From positions 6,236,914 to 6,300,913 of the forward strand of contig NC_134034.1 of NCBI RefSeq assembly GCF_964204645.1: a DNA stretch of 64,000 bases, read 5' to 3'. The DNA comes from Tubulanus polymorphus (taxonomy: Eukaryota; Animalia; Nemertea). Under the pieces are notes generated by a model. That model was not told the DNA's origin. It worked only from the letters and a program-made list of their open reading frames with translations, and did not search any database. Positions within the stretch are counted from its first letter, which is position 1. Each line of letters opens with the position of its first letter. Both the position numbers and the translations under genes were made by a program. Shown here piece after piece: positions 1 through 11,750 of this stretch.

Positions 1-194
1 ATTGGTAACGAGGCAAATTTTGTTATCACAATCAATTACAAAATCATAGCTGCTGACATGTTCTATGATTGTGGTGGGTTTCAAGGTGATTGGTTTTTGT
101 ATATGGTCACTAGGGGCGTTATGTATTGAAATTCTAAGATTGTTGAGCATTTGAAACCACTTCCCAAGTGGGCATGGTGTCCCTGGAACCCTAG
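1..194 (+). mobile_element. 3' end of HINE/DINE-1-like (Helentron-type non-autonomous) element, family A
   Basis: Ends ...ttcccaagtgggcatggtgtccctggaaccCTAG|tt, the same 3' terminus as the full copies at 20856-22095 and 32323-33566. Confidence 0.8.
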
Positions 195-769
195 TTTCCC
201 TTGATGCTGTTGACTTCTTCGTAGCCGTCGTTTGGCATCAGTTTCTTCATTTGTTCGGTTGTCGCCTTATGTGTTCTTGCGATGTCCAGGGCATCGTCAA
301 TCGTCAGATTCTCTCTCCCGATAAGCTTTTTCTGTACCAGCGGATGCGCTGTCTCTATTATTAACTGTTCAATCAACCTCTCGTCGGTTTTGGCTTGATC
401 ACAGAACTTGCATTTCGCGGCAACAGTTCGGCATTTCGTGATGAACGCATCTACAGTCTGCACATCACTTTGTCGCAGGCGCTGCAGCTCAAACCCTGAC
501 AGCCGATGGTTTGTTTTAGGCTCAAGATGGGTCTTGAATTTGTCAAAAATCGTTTCCGGATTTACTGAGTCTTCTGTGGATAGATTCCATGTGTTGTACA
601 CTCTTCGGCCTTCATGGCATACCCACATTAGCAGATATGTAGCGTGACATTTAGCTGCCTTTTCACTCAACGGGCCTTTAAAAATCAACTCACAGTAATG
701 TCGAAACTCACTAAAAGCTGTTGAACCCCAGTCCATCACTGGCGGCGTAACTCCACTCAATTCACCCAT
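191..769 (-). pseudogene. Ty3/Gypsy LTR retrotransposon gag, truncated by the HINE
   Basis: 192-aa ORF with Gypsy gag-like motifs (FRHYCELIF..P, YLLMWV..EGRRVYNTW, LRQ..QTVDAFITKCR..AAKCKF, ERLIEQLI); LTR and PBS lie upstream. Confidence 0.8.
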
Positions 770-941
770 TCTGTCCCGTTATAGCAGTCGCTTAGTCACT
801 GTCGCAAGATTCTTCACCCTACTACCTTCGGCCTTAGCCCAAAATTTCACCACACAGGACACCCCCAGTAAAATGTTAAAAATCACACTTACGCCTTAAC
901 ATCCGAAAGTCTTCTGATGTGGCATGGCATATCGTTCTTCA

Positions 942-1165
942 ACTTCTGACACCAGCGATTTCATGCCCAGCAATCGACAATTGGACGATTATCATGGATT
1001 ATATCAGAGCTTTTTATTCAACATGACTGTACACAATGGCTGCAGTACCGGAAGAGGCTGCAGAACTAGAGAACATGTATCAGGCTACAATAGCCATGAG
1101 ATAACGGGGTACGTATCCTAATACATAATACATAATAGTACATGTTTACTCATAATATTACAACA
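942..1165 (-). mobile_element. Gypsy 5' LTR (~956-1165) plus primer-binding site (942-954)
   Basis: Minus strand starts TGTTG at 1165, contains AATAAA (~1012), and is followed by TGGTGTCAGAAGT, complementary to a tRNA-Leu-type 3' end. Confidence 0.65.
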
Positions 1166-2322
1166 TGGTTTCCAGAGTAAAGGCTCTTTGACTGTGCTAC
1201 TGAGCATATATTCATACAAATCATTCATTAGAGCATTATCCATTCCCCTAACCCTATGAAGCTGAATTTTGAAAATGGGCCTTATTAAAATTTATTTGAG
1301 CTTTTTCGCGAATATCTGATCGCAAAAATATCTGTTTTAAAATGCCAATCAGAGAGCAAAGACTCTGTGATTAGCCGCAAAGACCAGCAGGTGTTCACGT
1401 GAACCCATGCTATCGTCTACCGTTTTACATCCATGTTTTATTTTAAGATCTAAAATTGTATTTCATTATCGATTTCTGTGAAATCTTTAGTTGATTTGGT
1501 TTTTGGGAGGAATATTTTTATTTGCACTACAGAAAATATCATTGGCAATTGTGCATAGTCCGGGAAAAATAGCTTTTTCTCAAATTGGATGGATGACCTT
1601 GATATGCTAATAAGCCATGTGCTCAAACTGCAAATTCAATTAAACTTTATTCTGCAAAACATATCAAATCCAATTCAATTTTACTTTATTGAACACAGTA
1701 AATCAGCAAATCTAATTCAATTGTGTTTTATGGAGCAAATTTCCCTAATCAAAATAAAGTGCACTTTAAGTGCACGTTAGAAGTGCACTGAATTGAAACA
1801 AAGTGCACTTTCCCCTAAAGTGCACTTTAAAAGTTCTATTCTTAAGTGCACTCAAAAAGTACACTCATACTGAACTGAATTGGAACAAAGTGCACTTCTT
1901 TTAAAGCACACTTTAAGTTCACTTTTAGTGTAATGAACTCAATAAGTGTACTTTCTGAGTGCACTTCTCTGCACGGAAAAAATCCTGAAAACCTTAAAAA
2001 AAACTTGAATGCCCAGTTTCATTTATGTTGTCTCCATTATTATTCAGCCATATTTACAATTTTAATAGTAATACGACTTTTCACATTGTTAGGCTTCTTC
2101 CGCCGTGAATGATGCTCTTTAAGCATTTTGGAATTGCGCTTTCACATAACCTGAAATAATAAAAGTGACAATGGATATAAGTTATGGTATGAAATGCTGT
2201 CTTAGTCAGTTAATTATTGGGTCTTGAATTTTAATTAAGTCTTGAGAGTGTGTATCAGAGAGCTCCAAACCTTTTATGGGCACAATTTTAAAAGGTATGT
2301 AACTTAAACCTTTTAAACCTTA

Positions 2323-2804
2323 AGCCTGGCGCACACGAGGCAATTTTCAGTCGCCGGTTGCTGCAACCAATTTTTGAGCAACCGTTGAGCAATCGATCGC
2401 TAGGTGTCGCCCGTATGCGACCACTGGCGACGGAGAGGCGATTATCTTTCGCCCCAACCATTTTTATCATGTGACTTGTCAAGATGGCCACGCTACTAAC
2501 CTGGGTGATGCCGTATTTGGAAGTATCACATGATAATTATTCGTTTAGTCATTGGCTAGGTTGATGAGGTGCTCGTTGCTTTGCGTCTCCAGCTACCGCA
2601 CATGGGCAACTCCCGAGCGACAAGCAATTTTCCGTCGCCCAATATCAAACATGTTTGATATTGGGCAACACGGAGCAATTCCTTTCGACAACGAGCAATC
2701 GCTGTCGCCCCTTGCCACAGACGAGCGATTTTTTCGTTCGACGCCGAGCAATTCGGGTGGTTGCTCGAGAATTGCTCGAAACTGTCGCCTGTGTGCGCCA
2801 GGCT
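2323..2804. mobile_element. PIF/Harbinger-type MITE
   Basis: TIR agcctggcgcacac...gtgtgcgccaggct flanked by TTA on both sides (2320-22, 2805-07). Confidence 0.8.
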
Positions 2805-3919
2805 TTAGCCACCTGTATATTCTTGCAATAACTTTGACTTACTGTCTTGACCTTCAGCAGCAAGTTATTATCTAATGCTGTAATATACAGAGTATGTGAA
2901 TAAAGCTCAGTTTAAAAAAGGATCAGGGCCTCTTAACTTAAAGTTTGATTATTTGCAGATCCGCTAATATAATGATTCCCAATCATGGATATCAATCTGT
3001 TTGATTCAGGTTGTCAATGAAAATAAGGCACCTGTAAAACTCAAATAGTATACTCCAAACTACTCACTTCTAATTACTTGCACTTGGTTTGACGAAAGAG
3101 AAGCCTTTATTGAATGTCCAATCCCTTTGAGCACATGGCTTCTTAAATATTCGACACAATATCACAAGTCATCTGTCAATACATCAGTCATCTGGAGGAA
3201 AAAGGTACAATCTAATCAGTAAAACAGACAAAATTAAATGGGGATTTTGTAACAAGTTGCTGGACAACGGTTTTCAATTAACACTTACCATAACACGACA
3301 CAAAACCTCTTTTTCAGTAATTTTTTCTTGCTGAAAGTACATATACTTGTTTCATTTTTCAGGTATATGTAAACATAATTTACTACTTGAGGAAATATAT
3401 ATATGTGATATATGTGAGGACATATGACTTTTATTTACTCACTGTCTAAATCAATGGAAATTAATGGAAAACTTCATTCTATAAGTTATAATATAAATGT
3501 AGAAATAATTGGCATATACTGTGCAATACCTAATCGTTCAGTATACCATAATTATCAGAATCGTGGTGACTACGGTTAGTCTTCTTTCGCTACTAGACAC
3601 CAATGACAACGACGGGCAGCCAGACCGTACTAGCGCAAGTGCGCCGCCACCTTCGACCGATGACTTGGTCGTTTTTTACTACTGGAATCAACGACGACCG
3701 TTGCCAGCCTCCAAGTATCCTTGTGGTGGTAGTTCCATCTGTAGAATTTCAAATGTAAGAAATCATCAGTAATAGAATACAAACCAGCCTCTTTCAGTAA
3801 TGGACAGATTGTGATTAAAAACGCTCATGGTGTAATCTAGGCCTACTTGTTACTTACATTTAACATTACATCCCATTCATCATGAATGAAATTAAAATAA
3901 AGTTTTGCATTTGATTTAA

Positions 3920-4512
3920 CCCTTTAACCGGCAAGTATTTTTCGGTCTATGAGAGATTTTGGACCTTGCAAGGGGAAAACTTAATAACTCAGTAGATATG
4001 AGTGATAACCCCATACTGTATGTTTTCTATGAAAGCTCTTTTCACAAGCTTTCAAATGATACGATCTTTGCGAACTTTGGGGGTTACCTTCAGGGTCTGA
4101 TCCCAAGGTCACAGATCCCAAGGTCATCCAGATTTTTGGGCCACCCATAATAAAAAACTGTCATGAGATTCATCCCAATATGAATTATCATCAGAATCTT
4201 TCATTACTATGTCCAAAATATCAGCCAAACTCACTAGAGAACGTCTTTAGTGCATTGGCCATTACTACTAACGATATTCTCAATTTTGGAAATCTGACCC
4301 ACGTGACACGTGGTTTCCATACCCCCTTCTACATGCCAAATGTATGATATATCACTTTCCAACCTTGTTAGGCATTGTAGGCCGTCTGGTGTCGCCATCT
4401 GCTGATAGGAAAATTAGTTAGAATGCTTCACTGAAATTAATACTTGACTATTCTATTCACTATAGCTGGTCTATTCAAATTGGTCGCTAGCGACCGATTG
4501 CCAGTTAAAGGG
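3920..4512. mobile_element. piggyBac-type MITE, copy 1
   Basis: TTAA|ccctttaacc...gttaaaggg|TTAA; homologous to 10167-11042. Confidence 0.85.
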
Positions 4513-5292
4513 TTAATTGATTAGATTAACAGATTGTACCAATTACAGTTCACTCAATTAACATAACGCCGACAATAAGTCAAATATTTTATACAACACA
4601 ATTAATCATACTTGCCTTGGATCTTGAATTTAAACACCAGACTGTCCCAACTAGGAAATTAACCACAAAAATTGATTAAAGACAGCAATGAATTTGCTCA
4701 AAATAATTGCAAATGGCGCCGTGCTGACTGCATGCTCAATCCCAGTCCTTCGCTAGCTGTCGTGAATGGGTTCGAATCCGGTAAAAACCTGATATTTTTT
4801 CAAAGTCGTTTTTGAACATTTGAATTTTTGTAAGTAAAGCACGGGATGAACGCTAATTCGTAAAATAACTTTTATCTCATTGATTTAGCCGAATGAAAAT
4901 AATATATTTTGCCTTTCCCTATGAAAAAGTGCACTCATTTCACAAAAGTACACTCAATACTTTGTAGGTACTTTACTCATGGAAGTGCACTTAAAGTGCA
5001 CTTTATTTTCATAAGGGTTTACAAAATTTAATTCTATTCCACATTCAAATCAATAAAACCAAGGGAAAAGATTTTTATCTGAGGTATTTGTTCCTGCCAG
5101 CTCCAGTCGCTGATGTGCTGAAAACACAATATAAGCCTGGGATTGACTAAGTCTATGAGCTGGGAGTGTATTTGGACAAATTTAACCCACATCATTTGCC
5201 ATATTGTGAAAAGCTGACAGGCTGGCCAAAGTTCCCCTTGGGGCTCTTGTTCTTTTTAATCAGCGGCATCATTTCGTTCTGAGCATCATGAA

Positions 5293-7440
5293 TTAGAGTC
5301 TTTTCCGCACATATAATTTCTTCTGGGGTGAGGGGGCCAGTTCGAAACAAATCATCATTTTTCGTTCCAAGGTTATTGATATACCGATCGCGAAAATGAA
5401 AATGACTAACTGTGGTCGACCCACTGCATTTTCTGGCATTAAACAGTGATCAAATTTTACTTCAGACAATTGGGATAATTCGAACAAAAACCCATACCAG
5501 TATGTTTGCATTTCCTGATGTAATTCTTCGTCCCAACTAATTTTAGGTCTCCAAATATTTTGCAGTTGTACTTCAGCTTTCGCCATCTTTCCATGGACCA
5601 ACGAATCCAGTGACATCGTAAATCTCTGCAACGAAACTTAGTATTATGCGTTTAGTTAAGATTGCTTGAACGGTCCAGTCTTTCAACGATTTCAGAATTT
5701 TCGGTACTTTCAAAAACAATCTGCAAACAGTCTGGATCCCAAACCAGTCCAAGCATTTTCTCTGCTTCGGTAATTGGTTTTATTCTCGCTTCATTTACAA
5801 TTTTAACTGAGAGATCTGCATTCGACATCCATTGCTTAATCTCAAAGTGATAGCCTGCGTTGATAGTCGTATCGACGGCCGTAGGGAATTCTTTGCTAAA
5901 TTCCTCGGTGTTTAAATTCATAGCGATATTCACTAGTGCTGGCCAGCAGTTATCACCGAAACTTATTACGATTAATTTATTAATCATCTGGTCCGCGATC
6001 CATTTCAAAATTTCTCCAAGAGGTATCCGTCGTAGATTTTTGCATACGTTGGACGTGTACGCACTTGATGATACATTTTCCTTACATCTCCGATAACTAC
6101 GCAGTTTTCTCGAAATCTAAGAATGACTGTCGATTGATCATTCAACAAATCTGGTCCTTTCATCTGAAAGTCATTCAACGAATGTTCCTTGAACTGTTTC
6201 TTCGAATTGAAAACTGGACAAATCGGCATACTTTCACTATCTCAATATATTGGATGATGATTTAAATACCAGATGGGACCATCGTAATTTCTAACTCGTA
6301 GTCTGATACTTTTCCAACTTGCTTCTGACACAAGGGTTGTCTGACCAGTTGCGACTCTGGGTCTCATAAAATCGGCACCATGAAGAAACGGATGGTGGAA
6401 ATATTCGCAATGTTCATGAATACACCTTTTCTTTTGACGACACGGTTGGCCAAATTTATGATGATAGGGACAATAGTCAGCCAGCCAACAAAACCAACAA
6501 CATCTCTTCTCCCGAACAGCGGCTAACCTTTGATCTGGCGTCATAGCTAAAAATCAAGGGCACTCGATTACCACGTGCGAATCTTCAGCCGAACAAATGC
6601 AAAATCTTATCATCGGCTTTGGTGCATCGGATCGCAGATGTGAGGTTACACTTGCTACAGATGGTGATTGAACAATATTTGTTTTCCCGGACTTATTGGA
6701 TTTCGATTTAGAACACCGGGCGCTACTTGATCTACGCTTCACTTCAATTTCTTTACGCATCCACTTGAGCAAATTTTCAATGTTGTTCTCCAAATCGTTA
6801 TCTACTTGATATATCGCCCAACATTCGATATCATTGGAATTCAATTTACTTTCTAACACGGCGATCGTGGTACTATTGTCCAAATCAGAGGAACACTTCA
6901 ATTTTTGCAAAAATGGTTCTTGCTCGGTGCATTAAATGGTTATGTTCTTCAAACTGCTGAGCAGTGGTGACGTTTGGTGCTTTATTGAATTCAGAAAAAA
7001 AATCGTCGCTTACTTTTCGCGCGTTTCCATAGACAGCATTCAAAAGATCCAAGGCTTCTTCAATATCGCGCACTCGTCAATCCATTTTTTTTTGCTGAAT
7101 TCGGTAAACGTAGTCTTATACAATAGAGTTTCTCTTGGTCGGAGTATTCGTCGTAAATGAAATTAAAAATCCTTTCGGAACTGGAAATAATCGATCGTTT
7201 TTCGGCTTTCAGAGAACTGGTTTTTATTTTGCGTTGATCTGGATGGTCTGAATATTGAATTATTAGAGAATCTCAGAACTTGCTGGCCGTGTCATCATAT
7301 CATTCTTGCATTTTATCCATCCATTTTTCCTCAGTTTCGAGCTCATCTTCGTGCACTAGTTTTATAAACGATTCATGTGTGAGTTCTACTTTATCCCTTG
7401 CCTCGGAAAAGTCATTTACTTTTTGCTTGACATCACTAAG
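5293..7440 (-). pseudogene. BEL/Pao LTR retrotransposon gag-pol relic
   Basis: Fragmented ORFs with Pao motifs: WYLNHHPIY, GPDLLND..ILRFRE..IGDVRKMYHQV, KMLGLVWDP, ISWDEEL; Cys-His gag knuckles; many stops and frameshifts. Confidence 0.85.
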
Positions 7441-7446
7441 CGGCGA

Positions 7447-8150
7447 TTTTTCGGGGGCTTGCATGCTTGCAAGTCCATATTGCTATCACACGGGTTGATA
7501 ACTTGCTTGGGGAGTCGATAACTGTCGTTAGAAACTTTCTTGGGCTCTGATATTTACACACATTTAATGCAGTGATAAAATCTAGGTTCCTTTCATATAT
7601 TGGCTATATCGGTTGTCATTTTCATTATTTTATGATTTTGTTTAATCGTTTTTGTTATTTCAGCAACGCATACCAACCTTGGTTGAGCGTGCGTGATCAG
7701 TGTTGAAATTGGTATTCATGCGCGGCATAGTGCTGCCGACAATTGAATTCATTCTTTATTGACAATTAACATTTCACAATAAAACATTTACTTTCACGTT
7801 TTCATGGGCTTGCATGCTTGCAAGCCCATATTGCTATCACACGCATTGATAACTTGCTTGGGGAGTCGATAACTTTCGTTAGAAACTTTCTTGGGCTCTG
7901 ATATTTACACACATTTAATGCAGTAATAAAATCTAGGTTCCTTTATTGGCTATATCGGTTGTCGTTTTTATTGTTTTATGATTTTGTTTAATCGTTTTTG
8001 TTATTTCAGCAGCGCATACCAACCTTGGTTTAGCGTGCATGATCAGTCTTGAAATTGGTATTCATGCGTGGCATAGTGCTGCCGGCAATTCAATTCATTC
8101 TTTATTGACGCAATTAAAATTTCACAATAAAACATTTACTTTCATGTTTA
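7447..8150 (+). repeat. Two tandem ~350-bp 5' parts of a HINE-like family (5' hairpin gggcttgca..tgcaagccc); related pieces at 8150-9230 and 14300-14700
   Basis: Near-identical blocks start at ~7455, ~7806 and ~14304; 8430-8600 is similar to 9050-9210 and 14480-14665. Confidence 0.7.
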
Positions 8151-10166
8151 AAAAAAATTCTTTTAATTTTCTTTTACTTGGGTGCTTGCTTTAGCGGCCA
8201 TTTGAAAAATCTCTGTATGAACATGTTTATTTTTCAGTTTAAATATCTAAAACATCAAAACCGCTTTTCTGTAAAATAAATTCTGAATTGAATCGAAGAC
8301 TGGTTCCCTGTCTCCAAAGAGCCAGGGGGCAGTAGTCTATGGTGGCAATAAACTTTATTGGATGATCGTAGTGGATTGTCATTTGAGGGAAATGCAACTA
8401 ATTCTTGCTCAATGTCTTCATTATTTTAAAAAGAAAAATCGTGGCTCCTATCTATTTTCGTGTTCGCTTCTCTCCATCTGAAGTCACTCGAGTTAGTCAC
8501 GTTTTTTCTTTCAGTTGTAAATGTATCTATGCAAAATCATTTCCACACAATCCGATAAGTAATCTAGCAATTATCAACATGATGATAGATTCCGTTAAGA
8601 CACTACAATATTCAAATAACAACTATCCAAAAGCTTGCACTAACTTGGTCCACGGCTACAATAAAACCATTCCGATTCCCAGTCCCCGTGTGTTTTTCAT
8701 GAAGTGATGTAAGACAACACCGATCTCTTAGCTCTTTAAAAAGTAATCAGTTCAAAGTTTGATTAATTCTGCTACAGAAAAACAAAACCACCAAGCCAGC
8801 TATTTCTTTCTTGTTAGAAAATTCTTTTAATTTTCTTATACTTTCATTGGGTGCTTGCAATTTTTAACTGATTCTATAAACCCCTTGGTGGCTTCGTACC
8901 TTCGGTGCTCGCCTCGCCGTGGTAATACAAATCCGGACAGGTGCCCTCTTGAATGAGTGCTACCCCTTGAATTTGGGCCTAGATGGTCTATGGTGGCAAT
9001 AAACTATCGGATGATCGTAATGGATTGTCATTTGAAGGAAATGCAAAAAGAAAAATCATGGCTCCTATCTATTTTCGTATTCGCTTCTCTTCACCTGAAG
9101 TCACTCGAGTTAGTCAAGTTTTTTCTTTCAGTTGTAAATGTTTCTATGCAAAATCATTTCAACACAATCCGATAAGTAATCTAGCAATTATCAACATGAT
9201 GATAGATTCCGACACAAGACACCACAATATTCAAATACGTGTTACAAAGTTTTCATTTTTAGGCCAGCAATTGATTATTTGGCTATTACCGGAACTAAAT
9301 TGGTACTCTTAAAAAGCTGATTTTTCTAGTGTATATAAAGTTGTATGATACTTAACATATGTCAGATAATGTCAGAGTTCACAGTAAACAAAAGTAATTA
9401 ATTAACACTGACTCGTCCACATTCTCTTATTTTAAATTCATTGTTTTAGAAACTATATTTGACCGGCGCGGTCTAGTGGAAAAACTGGATGTTGACTGCA
9501 ACCTTTAGCCTGCAGTTCTGCATAAATTGAAAACAGACTGGGAAGGTTCAAAATCCAATAAATTTATCAGTTTCTACCGAATCGAAGCCGGTAAGCTTCG
9601 ATGAGATGATGCAATATTTTCTGAGAAAAAACCTAAAAACTTTCTGTTACTTGCGTTGACCTGTCTTTTTGTTTCCGACGTTAAAACGGGAGATTCTCAG
9701 CATTTCCGGGAATTTCGGCGCTTCTGACATAATTGTGGGAAAGCCACAAAATGGCGGGCATTTCATTCGATATTTGTACCATTCTTAGTTCGCTGATAGT
9801 TTGTTCGTTGTGATGAATTTAATTGAGTTGGCTATCTTACTTAGTACCCTTAGATTTGTCTTGTCAGTGTTTTCGGCCAAAGAAACCTTTGTTTACCGGT
9901 AGGGTTGTCAAAAAGGTGCCAAGCAAAAATATTTTATTGACTAACTGGAAGATAAAATAATGAATTCCGACCATCTTAGCTTGTGAGAATATGATAAATA
10001 TATTTCACATATATATCCACCATCAGTATTGTTTCATTTTATGCTCATAATGGGTATTTAATGAAACTAATCAATAGATGGTTACACGCATGCACACACA
10101 TACACACACACACAGGTGCACTATCATATAGTGATACTGTAGTTGGGGTGTAATACACACTATTAA

Positions 10167-11042
10167 CCCTTTAACCAGGAAGTGTTTTTCGGCTTGTGAG
10201 TGTTTTGGGCCATGAAAGAGGAAATCTTAATTACTCAGTAGATATGAGGGATAACCTCATAAAAGTGTGTATTTTATGAACGCTCTTTTCACAAGCTTTC
10301 GAATGATATTTAGTTAGCGAATTTTGGGGGTTACCTTCAGTAGATACAATCAAATACCGCCTAGTCGATACAATCAATACGGAACTTTCGAAACTTGTTA
10401 TTTGGTTTTGCGCTAACAAGTTATCAATTAAAATTAGTAAAACTTTTGTCATATTTATTAAAACTTTTATTAGTAATACTAAGATTTATATGGGTAATCC
10501 AGAAATCAAACGTGTCCGTACTACTAACTTTTGCGGGGTTTTGATAGATGTAAAATTTTCATGGGATGATCACATTAATTCTATATGTAAAAAAGTGTTA
10601 CATTGTAAACTGCATCCATTAGTAATCCTACAAAAATGGTCAGTAAATCCCATTATTTAGAACACATTGATCCTATCCCACGACGAATTATCATCAGAAT
10701 CTTTCATTACTATGTCCAAGATATCAGCCACACCCACTAGAGAACGTCTTTAGTGCATTGGCCATTACTACTGATGATCTTCTCAACTTAAGAAATCTAA
10801 CCTACGTGACGCGTGGTTTCTATACCCCCTACCCCCTACTACATGCCAAATGTGTAATACATCACTTTCCTGCTTTGTTAGACATTGTGGCTGTTTGGAA
10901 TCGGCATCGGTTCAGGGGAGTTAGAATGCTCACGGGAGTCAAATGAGTTAGAATGCTACACTGAAATCAATACTTGACTATTCTATTCATTATAGCTGGT
11001 CTATTCAAATCGGTCACTACAGACCGATTGCCAGTTAAAGGG
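10167..11042. mobile_element. piggyBac-type MITE, copy 2, with an internal LINE-like fragment
   Basis: TTAA|ccctttaacc...gttaaaggg|TTAA; extra ~10340-10670 segment reads FCGVLIDVKFSWDDHINSICKKV, like the C-terminal part of a CR1/L2 RT. Confidence 0.75.
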
Positions 11043-11239
11043 TTAATGCTGCTCTCTTGCACTTGTATAAATGCATTGTCACAAGTGACGTTCAAATGAG
11101 AGTTCTTTCAATAAAGTCATTGAAATAAAACATCGTTGATTAACATTTTGTGTAACCTGAAAATACTAAGCAGCTGACTATTTTTGCTCAGTTTATAATT
11201 AAGGTCAATATTTTAGTGGTAAAATCGGGGTTAAAAACT

Positions 11240-11325
11240 ATGTATGTATGTATGTATGTACGTACGTACGTACGTATGTACGTATTTTATGCTGCATACA
11301 TACATATATATATATATATATCCAT
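11240..11325. repeat. Compound microsatellite (TATG)n(TACG)n...(TA)n
   Basis: Read directly from the sequence. Confidence 0.9.
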
Positions 11326-11661
11326 ATATACTCCGGTTTCTTATGGTACTTGTAATTTAGCTTCCACGTTCCTACATTGGAAGAGTTTGCCAAGACTTTA
11401 AATGTTCAGTCACCTTCTGGTTGGTAATATCAAAAACACGATGAGTGCCCTTACTGACTGAGCTGGCTATATCATAGGAAGAAAAGCTACCCTAATGGAT
11501 ATGTATATCGTGCTATACTTGGGGTTTTTAACATATAAGGGACCTGATTACAAATTGTAACTGATATGTAATGAATAAGCAACCTGAATGTTAGGAATAA
11601 ACCTAATTTTTTGTGGGTTGCCTCTATCTAAACTTAAAGGTTAGATTCATTCTTTTTTTAG

Positions 11662-11750
11662 GGAGGTCCATGTGGTGTACTTGCTGCAGTCCAGGCATGC
11701 TTCTTACAGCAGCTTCTTTTTCAAAATCCTGAAATTGCAACTCATAAAAG
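11662..11750 (+). CDS. MINDY4: MINDY4 deubiquitinase exon containing the catalytic Cys (first exon found in the window; earlier exons probably lie upstream)
   Basis: ttttttag|GGPCGVLAAVQACFLQQLLFQNPEIATHK(R)|gtaggc; GPCG is the MINDY catalytic Cys motif. Confidence 0.9.

Larger units (their letters stand above)
1742..5017. mobile_element. Element bounded by AAGTGCACT-rich inverted termini, with nested MITEs
   Basis: ccctaatcaaaataaagtgcactttaagtgcac (~1743) mirrors gtgcacttaaagtgcactttattttcataaggg (~4985-5017); repeated AAGTGCACT motifs at both ends. Confidence 0.45.

Noticed and set aside
2090-3745. Three exon-like minus-strand segments (~2090-2150, ~3068-3191, ~3545-3738) with plausible splice acceptors
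   Set aside because: In-frame stops and no recognisable product; they lie inside a TIR-bounded element and are probably relics.
4716-4830. GGTTCGAATCC B-box as a tRNA gene
   Set aside because: No cloverleaf can be folded; at most a decayed tRNA-derived SINE.
9460-9815. CpG-richer stretch with AAAATGGCG as the MINDY4 promoter or first exon
   Set aside because: The ATG frame stops after 20 codons and the MINDY4 N-terminal exons were not found between here and 11662.
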